A DNA stretch of 64,000 nt from the human T2T-CHM13v2.0 reference genome, Homo sapiens: NCBI RefSeq assembly GCF_009914755.1, contig NC_060926.1. The stretch is one strand, 5' to 3'. Both the position numbers and the translations under genes were made by a program. Positions within the stretch are counted from its first letter, which is position 1; every line of letters starts with the position of its first letter. The notes beneath the pieces were generated by a model. The model did not search any database. It was not told the DNA's origin and saw only the letters and a program-made list of their open reading frames with translations. Shown here one piece after another: positions 55,401 through 64,000 of this stretch.

Positions 55401-55525
55401 TGACCCTGCCTGGGCAATGTAGTGAGAACCTGTCTCAAAAAATGAGAACTACTAGGCTCAAGCAGTTATCCTGTCTCAGCCTCCCAAGTATTTGGGATTA
55501 CAGCCACATGCCACAGTGCACGACT
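55401..55525. mobile_element. FLAM/Alu monomer in two oppositely oriented pieces
   Basis: + strand 3' piece GACCCTGCCTGGGCAATGTAGTGAGAACCTGTCTCAAAAAA (55402-55442) abuts - strand 5' piece GAACTACTAGGCTCAAGC...GGGATTACAG (55446-55525). Confidence 0.7.
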
Positions 55526-55576
55526 CTAAAAAATGTATTTTACATGATCACATGTAACCTGAAAATACGCATATCT

Positions 55577-55865
<289 letters not shown>

Positions 55866-55889
55866 TATATATATATATATATATAAGGA

Positions 55890-57355
55890 ATTTAAAAATA
55901 TATAATACATTATTACTAACTGTGGTCACCATGCAGTGCAGTAGATCATTAAAACTTACTCCTCCAGTCTAATGAAACTTTGTAACCTTTGATCAACATT
56001 TCCCTTTCCCCCATTCTTTCTCCCCATTGCTCCATATTCTGGTACCCACCTTTGTACTCTCTGCTTCTGTGAGATTGGCTTCTTTAGATTCCTCATGTGA
56101 GTGAGATCATGTGGTATTTGCCTTTCTGTGCCTGGCTCATTTCACTGAGCAAAGTACTCTAGTTCCATCTATGTTGTCCCAAAGGATGGAATTTTTCTCT
56201 TTTTAAAGGCTATATAGTATTTCAGTGTAAACATACCACATTTTCTTTATTCATTCATTTGTTGATGAATAGTTAGATTGCTTTCATATCTTGGCTATTT
56301 TTGAATAATGCTGCAATAAACATGGGAGTGCAGATATCTCTTTGACATGTTGATTTCATTTCCTTTGGAAATATATCCAGAAGTGGGATTGCTGGATCAT
56401 ATGATAATTTTTATATCTTTTAGGAAACTCCATACTGTTTCCCAAAATGGTTGTACTGATTGACATTCCCACCAACACTCTACACAAAGGTTGCCTTTCC
56501 TCCATATCTTCACCAATATTTATCACTTGTCTTTTTTGTAATAGTCATTCTAACAGGCAGGAGGTGATATCTCATTGTGGTTTTAATTTGTATTTCTTTG
56601 ATGATTAGAGATGTTGAGCATTATTTTCATATATATTTTGGTCATTTGTATTTCTTCTTCTGAGAAATGCCTGTTCAGATCCTTTGCCCATTTTTAAAAC
56701 AGTTTTCTTTCTGTTGAATTGTGGGAGTTCCCTATATATTTTGAATATTAGCCCCTTATCAGATGGACGGTTTGCAAATATTTTCTCCCAGTCTAGGTTG
56801 TATCTTCACTCTGTTAACTGTTTCCTTTGTTGTGCAGAGGAAACAATTTTTAGTTTGATGCAATCCTGTTTTTCTGTTTTTGCTTTCATTGCCTGTGCTT
56901 TTGGAATGCTATCCAATAAATCATTTCCCAGACTGGTGTCATGGAGCATTTCCCTTGTTTTCTTCTACTTATAGTTTCAAGTTTTATGTTAGATTTCTTT
57001 ATTCTTTTGAGTAAATTTTTGAATATGTTGTGAGATAAAAGTTCAATTTCATTTTTCTGCTTGTGAATATCCCATTTTCCCACCACCATTTATTAAAGAG
57101 ACTGTACTTATTTCCAATTTTGGCACCTGTGTGTCATAATTTACTATAAATACTTAGATTTCTTTCTGGGTTTTCTGTCCTGTTCATTGGTTGACGTGTC
57201 TGTTTTATGCCATCCAGTACCATGCTGTTTTGATTATAAAAGAGTTTTAGGATTTTCTTTTTTAGATCAGTGTGTAATGCCTCCAGGTTTTTTGTTTGTT
57301 TGTTTGTTTTGCTCAAGATTGCTTTGGTTGTTATGGGTCTTTTCTTGTTCCATAT
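55890..57355 (-). mobile_element. L1MA6/7-like 3' portion
   Basis: ACTGTGGTCACCATGCAGTGCAGTAGATC...AACTTTGTA, GAAGTGGGATTGCTGGATCATATG and CCAGTACCATGCTGTTTTGATT. Confidence 0.85.
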
Positions 57356-57696
57356 TTGACCCCCACTCCACTTTTAAATTTAAAAAAGAATCTCTCACTT
57401 ATTATCAGTTATTGCTGAAGCCAGTGTAATTCATATTATTATCTGTTTTGCATCACTGTTTGAATGCTGCATATCAATCCCCTGGTGAACTTTGAGCATC
57501 TTTTTTCAACTTTCTTCAGTTAATATCATTCAGATTCATGAAGGCACATCTTTCTTCAGCAGTTCATAAATTAGCAGCATACATTTTAGGGGAGAGCCTT
57601 CATCTAAAAGTAACTCTTTATCTTAAGAATAAATCCTGTTTGTATCTGTCTCTCAAGCTATTGGTGCCTTTATAAGTTATCTTATGTGGAAGAGAA

Positions 57697-58200
57697 TGTA
57701 GGGGAAGGAAAATTTGTTTTCTCACCCATTTCTAGGTTCATGACTGAGGCCCCTATAGGAAAAGACAGATGAATGAGAAAAAATCATACAAATGTACTTA
57801 ATATAAAAGTTTTATGTGACATAGGACACTTCATAGGAAAATTAAGATGCAAAAAAACAGAGAGACCTGTGTATTTTTATGCTAAGTTTGATTAAGAAGT
57901 TGATAATTATAGATAAATATTTTTGGACAAAGGGAGTATGATCTAATGGAATTGAACTGGGGGACAGGGGTCAAACAAGGCCTTCTTGTTCATATTCTTC
58001 TCTGTGTCTTCAGAGATAAGAATGTTTCTTTCCTCCAAGCATAGGAAGAACACTTCTGGGGAGAAAGTCAGAGAGTGACATCCTCGATTTTATAGCCTGC
58101 TTCAGGGGACAAGAGCCAAGGGAAGGTGAGAATGGCCTTCCTGCTTCTGAAGTTTTCTCAAATGTCAAGATGACATAATTAGAGATTCTGAACCCCATTA
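57697..58200 (-). mobile_element. MER39/MER34-group ERV1 solo LTR
   Basis: TGTAGGGG...GAGGCCCCTATA, CCTGTGTATTTTTATGCTA and GGAAGGTGAGA...CTTCCTGCTTCTG...CTGAACCCCAT. Confidence 0.7.
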
Positions 58201-58581
58201 AGAGCTCATCCCAAGACAAAAGGAATGAGACAAACATATCCTTCTACAGATCCTTAATCGTCTAAAGGGAGGGTTAGTCCTGAACACTTGGTAATTTGGA
58301 TTTGTCTTTCAAACGGTACTTCAATGGAATTTATCTGGGTTCACAGTTCCAAACTTTAAATTATGGTATAAATGGATACAATAGTGTATCCATAATATTG
58401 TAAATGGATTCAATGGATTCCATAAGTTTAAGTATATATAAACAGCATATTTAAACTTAAGGAAACTAGTTAATTGCTCATTTTATCAAATACGTTAATA
58501 CTATCATATTAACCTTAGTTTTCATCAAGTGGTAAAATATCTTTAAAGTTAAAGTACCAGAGAGGATCACCTCAATTGAAA

Positions 58582-59170
58582 CATGTTCATTGCAGCATTA
58601 TCCACAATAGCCAGGATACAGAGACAATCTAGGTATTTATCGGTAAAGAAACTGTGGTGTGTATACACAATAGAATATTATTCAGCCTTTTTAAAAAAGG
58701 AGATTCTGCTCTATGCCACAACATGGATGGTCCTGGAGTATATTTTGCTAAATGAAACAAGCCAGACACAGAAAGGAAAATACTACATGAACTCACTTAT
58801 ATGTGGAATCTAAAAAAAAAAAAAAAGGAAAATGAAATATATAGAGAGGATAAAACAGTGGTTGCCAGAGTTGGGGTAGGGGAGGAAATAGATTTAGGTC
58901 AAAGGATGCAACATAGGGTACATTAATGATAGTGTATTGTATTTACGATTTTTGCTAAATGAATAGATTATAGCTGTTCTTGCCATGGGAGGGGAAATGG
59001 TTAACTATGTGAGATGATGGGTGTGTTAATTTGTTCTACAACAGTAACAGTTTTACTGTATATATAGGTGTATATATTATATATACATATATAATATATA
59101 AAAAATATAGTAAAATACATATATAATATAACATGTTATATACCTTCAATATATACAATTTATTTAAAAA
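58582..59170 (+). mobile_element. L1MA10/L1MB1-like 3' end
   Basis: ORF 58583-58813 (MFIAALSTIA...YTIEYYSA...SLICGI). GATTTTTGCTAAATGAATAGATTATAGCTG. Confidence 0.8.
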
Positions 59171-60585
59171 CTCATTTATGATTTCAGTTAGAATTTTTAA
59201 AAACATTATGCTTCAGAGTATTTATTGCTTTTAACCCTCACAAAATTATGCATCATTCTCATGTTTCCAATATTCACCTGGGTTTGTCTAAGTATTTGAG
59301 GAAAAGTAAAAGTTTTTAAGAACTTTATTATTCTCAAATTTCAGTGAAATTAGAATGTAAAATCTTAGATGTGAATACTTTTACATGATGTTTATTAAAT
59401 ATAGTATGCTTCAAGGCAAAAAAATATGACATTGAAGACCAATATTTAATAGCCAATTTTTTCTTTTCTTTTTTCTTTTTCTTGAAGTGAGCAGAATATG
59501 CATAATGATAGGTATGATGAAATTTTATTTAGTGGTATTCGGAAGTATTCGACTTTAACAAGTATGTGCTGTTCTGTTGTGAATAAAAATTTGGGAAATA
59601 AAAACTAGAAACTTTACTCTGCACATATTAGGAGTATAAAAGTAGATTATGTTTTTAGAAATGGATGAGAATAGCCATATACCCCAACATCAAGATCTAT
59701 GGTCTACAAAGCTAAAAGATGTAAAAGAAATGTGGAGGTTAATACAATAAGAGCACCCTCCCCCATTTATAAAGGTCAGACATGCCTATGGTGTACATTG
59801 CTATCTGTAAAGATTGGAAAACCTCAGATGTTGCATCTTAAAATATGTACATTTTCTGACATTTGGGTAGAACAATATAATTTCTTATAAATGAACTTGA
59901 TTCCTGACATTCAGTTGAATGTTAATTTAATTTTGGTGCTAGTATAGCAAAGTCTTCCACATGTCATCGTAGTTGAGTTATCCTAGGAGTTTTGATGACT
60001 GGGAATAAAGAGGGCCTCCCTTGAAGGCTGGGCAGTGATGGAGACGTAAGATAAATTCATAGCAGTAACAAATCTAGAAAGAAAAGCCCTAGAGCATAAC
60101 CCACAGCAAATCCTGAAACTCTCTTCCTTTAAGGAATTTCCTGGCGGCCTTAGGGAGGATATTAATGGAACTCTTTAGGCTTAACCTTGTTAAGGGACTG
60201 TTATGCAGCCCTTGTTGTTTTCTACTTTAAAGTCAAGAATTTTAAGCAGATTAGAATGAAGAATAGTGCAGTGCAGCATAAAGTTAGTATTATACTGTTA
60301 ATAACATTCATCTGAATTATTAATTTCTGCCAGCAGTTGCTTTTAATATAATCAGGATTAACTGTAGAAATACGGATTGTTTTCCCCTTTTTGCTTTTTT
60401 ATCTGAAGAATAATTTATTGTAATTAAGAATACATTATAAAAACAAAAAGGAATCGCAGCTATAAAAATGTGTTATATCAATGACTGATTATATTAACAT
60501 TCTATAGCTGTCTAATTTCTTAGGCTAAAAAAAAAATCAAAGGAAATTGTTTCATTCAAATTGTTGAGCTTTTTGCCATCTTTAG

Positions 60586-60898
60586 AACCAGTCAGCTAGA
60601 GGAGAGTGTTTGTGACGATTACCAAGAATGGTTAAAACCAAAAGGTGTTGGTTTGCTTGCTCTCTCTTCTGGTGAGACAGCCATTTGAAATAGCATTCAG
60701 GCAGCGTGGCCTGGACGCTGAAGCAGAGCTTGGCAGATGGTACCGCAGGATGGAGAAACTGCTGGCAGATGGCATGGACTATTTGAGCAACAAAGAGACT
60801 TTTGGCTACCAATGCTAAGAGTTGGAAAGAAAGAAGACGACAACTTCTCCAGTGCTGCCAGCTTGTATACAGAAAACGTTTTGGCAGAATGGAGACTG
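60586..60898 (+). other. Candidate exon (313 nt), host transcript unknown
   Basis: Acceptor CTTTTTGCCATCTTTAG|A and donor CTG|GTAAAA. Purine-rich, more GC/CpG than the AT-rich flanks. No repeat recognised. Confidence 0.35.
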
Positions 60899-61469
60899 GT
60901 AAAAGATATTCAATTGTTAACTGCAAGGAAAGAGAAGAGTTGTTGTTATTAAGTTTCCTAAGTGTGCTCCCTCTGGTGTGATTGGAACGTAGTTTCATAT
61001 GGAAGAGCCCTTTAGAGATCATCTAAACCAACTATGCTGACTGAATATTTGGACACATTCAGTCTGTTTTTACTACTGAAAAGATATCTCTTTGAAGCAT
61101 TATTTATAAAAAGTTTAATCCATGTTTGTTTTTGATAAGTTAAAAAAAAATCTTTATTGAAGACCTTATTTCCCAGGCTTCATATGTGCAGATTAGCAGT
61201 GGTTCTTGTTTAGCATTGGGCTAAAATAATGTACAGTGAAGTCAGGTTTGGCTAATATGACACAAAAATGTAGAGTTTTCCCTGCAAATGCTATACATAA
61301 TTGAATCACTGAATTACTTAGGGGGTTATAGTCATTACCACACATCTCCAATTTGTTTTCTGGAATCTCTGAAGCCACTTATTACAAATAGACATTTAGT
61401 TCCTAATGATTTCATTGGGGGCTGCTACAATTTTTCATTTGTAGCTTTTTCACCTATTGCTACCTAATA

Positions 61470-61473
<4 letters not shown>

Positions 61474-61511
<38 letters not shown>
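61474..61511. repeat. (CT)n microsatellite
   Basis: Uninterrupted CT run, read directly. Confidence 0.95.
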
Positions 61512-61515
<4 letters not shown>

Positions 61516-62220
61516 CTCTTATTTGATATTGTGTTTCCAGAATTAATTAATTTAGATGACTTTCACGTAGTAACTTTTATCCACAAGTAATACTTTAAGC
61601 AGAAATATATAACTTGGTTTTTCTAAAATAATTAATTTAACATATCAAGAATGGTATTAAGAAAAATATTTGGGGATTTTTAAATGAAATTTAAAGTGGA
61701 AATGTATTACTTGAGGTAGAAAAACCAATTCTATACATATTCTTAATAGTTAAATCTCCTAGCTCACTGAAGTTTAAATTTTTGGTATCTCAATTATTCA
61801 GAAAACTGCTGAGATTTTGGATGTAATTGAAAATGCTACTGAATTGAGATCAAAAGGGATAAGTAAGTTATATTCAGAATAGTGTCACTGGAGATGCCTC
61901 TGAGCCACCAAAATTACCATCATAATGATTATTTAACTTTTGAGAAGTACTCTTGGCTTTTGGACTCTTACCTTACATAATTTTCTGTCAGTCTTTATGA
62001 TCCAGTTTTTCTCAGTCTGTAGAAGACTAGTAGCATCTGACTGGAATTAGAGGGCTGCAAGAGGGAAGCATGCAGATAAAACGGCACAGAGACAGGTTCA
62101 GATAAGAAGGATCCCATAAAAATTACTCAATTACCAAAATGAAATGATGGCTTCAAGGCTTCAGTGGGGAAAAACTCATTTCAGTTGATTCAGTTAAGAC
62201 ATTTAAAAGAAGACATTTCT

Positions 62221-62221
<1 letters not shown>

Positions 62222-62251
<30 letters not shown>
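62222..62251 (+). repeat. Poly(A)30 tract
   Basis: 30 consecutive A. Confidence 0.95.
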
Positions 62252-62255
<4 letters not shown>

Positions 62256-62519
62256 TGAAAGTTTTGTCACTTAAAGGGCAAATATTAATTTTTTAGAAAA
62301 TTCATTTATTTAGAAACTTTCACTCCATGTTTATATTAGGTAAAGAGGGTCTAAATCATGTATGACTGTTTTTACCAATGACCAATTTTCATAAGTGGAA
62401 AATTATGTTTCAAATCTTTGCTTAGAGGAATATGCCTTTTTAGTCTACGTATGATATCCACTCCCAGCGATACAGCTCTTTTTCCTTGTCCTCATTTTGG
62501 CAATGAAGCTGGTCTTGCT

Positions 62520-62670
62520 GGAAGTGCAGTGGAAACCTCTGGGTCACACAAGCCAGGCAGCCCTCACTGTGACTTCGTCTTATGCAAGTCACATCACTTT
62601 ACCTCCCTGGACCTTCGTTATCTCACCTGGAAAATAAGGGAGTGGCTTTTAATGTCCTTCTTTCATTAAT
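62520..62670 (+). mobile_element. MIR
   Basis: GCAAGTCACATCACTTTACCTCCCTGGACCTTCGTTATCTCACCTGGAAAATAAGG. Confidence 0.6.
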
Positions 62671-63026
62671 GGCTGAAGCTTTTCCTGTGATTCCAGGGCA
62701 TAATTTATTAAAAGGAGGAAAAATTGATATTGATTAGCATATATGAATAGATGTTTGATTATCAAGCACTTGATACCCGATTCCACATTTACCATTGGAC
62801 TCCTTTGCCTTTTAGTACTAGGTTCCTCCTCTGTAAAACGTGAGGGTTGATTTAGGTAGATGGAATATATAAGGTTTATACTACATCAAAGACTGAATGG
62901 GTTTTAGTTAAATTCATGATTCTCTTTCTTTTTTGTTCTGTCCCCAAGAACCTCTCACTAGGACACTCACATCTGTTCTTGTCACCAGAGCCTCACTTTT
63001 TCCAGGACATCCCTTTTCTCCTCTAC

Positions 63027-63450
63027 TGTTGCAGAACTTTCCCCTCAGTTTAGTTTAAACCAGGTTCTTGTCACACGACCGGGAAAGATTAGGCTTGAGA
63101 CACATAGAGGGGTGAGGAACAGAACTTATTGGGCAAATAGTAAAACAAAAAAATAACACTCAGCAAAGTGAGAGAGAGTCCTGCTAGCAGGTTTCTCACC
63201 TTACAGATTGAATCCCAGTTCACCACCCAGGAACTGAAGAAGCCACAGGCTCCTCCCAACTGCAAATGGCGCAAACCTCCGGAGGCTCCACCCCGTCCTC
63301 CCAGTGTGCAGGTGGGCATTGTTCAGAGAACCAGTCGGGAAAGGGCGGGCTCCATCCGGGACCAGCAGTCTGGTTTTTCAGCCTTCAGGCTGTTTTAGGC
63401 TTGAAGATGGAATTTCGCTGGGGACCCTTGGCTGTCTCCTGTCTCTATCA
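63027..63450 (-). mobile_element. MER61-like ERV1 solo LTR
   Basis: TGTTGCAGAACTTT...TCTCTATCA termini. TTGAATCCCAG and CTGCAAATGGCGCAAAC...GAGGCTCCACCCC. Near-TSD CTAC/ATAC. Confidence 0.75.
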
Positions 63451-64000
63451 ATACCTCTTGCCTCCTCTCCCACTGTGATAAAGTCTTTGCACTGTGGGAT
63501 GAGACACATGAGGCCTTATTCATTGTTGCATCTCCACCTTCCAGTCTGATGCTTGTTGAATGAATTAATGCAGATACCTCTTGTATACCTGACTCCCAGT
63601 GCCTCATCCTCCACTGGAGCGCCATCCTTGCATCACCTTTCTTACTCTGGTGAGGAGTCGTACTCTCAGCCCCTGTGGTTTGAGACCCCCACAACCACTT
63701 CTGGTATGAAGACAGACAGACACCCCTCATTCTCATTGTCAGACACTAGGCATTAGGAATCGGAATTTCAGCTCTTTTCCCATAGAAGCAATATTTAAAA
63801 TTGTCACAGCTTTGGTATTTTAATATAAATACAGTGTGAGTTAGAACTTCGGTTGCCTGGCTAAGGAATCTAACCATTATTTACAACACAGTGTTGTTTC
63901 TTTGGAAATTTCTATTCTGGGTTCCAAGTGACTGACTTGCAAATAAACTTTGGTAAGACAGTCCATTTGTAGTTTGCGAATGGCCTTTAGGCCATATAGA

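Noticed and set aside
63300-63345. Possible p53 site in the MER61-like LTR, a family known to carry such sites
   Set aside because: Only a degenerate GGGCATTGTTC is visible; there is no paired RRRCWWGYYY.
63089-63549. Cluster of overlapping ORFs in GC-richer sequence
   Set aside because: Explained by the GC content of the MER61-like LTR.

Overview
Repeat-dense, AT-rich primate genomic DNA, most likely human or another hominoid (AluY/S/J, L1PA3 and L1PA7-like, THE1/MST). I find no CpG island, no recognisable protein-coding gene, no rRNA/tRNA and nothing prokaryotic. The ORFs with recognisable protein homology are decayed L1 ORF2 or Tigger1 transposase pieces; many others are Alu/LTR read-throughs. 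Bases 1-22.7 kb are nearly continuous transposon sequence: a near full-length L1MA3-like element (holding a 5'-inverted twin-primed L1PA7-like insert, an AluJ and a THE1 LTR), a minus-strand L1PA15/16-like element, an old L1M with a MER50 LTR, and a Tigger1 holding two Alus plus a THE1 LTR that itself holds an L1PA3-like tail. Bases 22.7-64 kb are more unique, intron-like sequence with scattered Alu, L2, MIR, MER and LTR copies. I found no convincing new biological system. The best leads are several unannotated exon-like segments (60586-60898 on +, 23334-23437 on -, two + micro-exon candidates), a perfect 60-bp tandem duplication, a perfect 28-bp palindrome, an AT-rich direct/inverted repeat, and a micro-inversion within a FLAM. 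Subfamily names are from recalled consensus sequences, not a RepeatMasker run. Boundaries of old elements are approximate.
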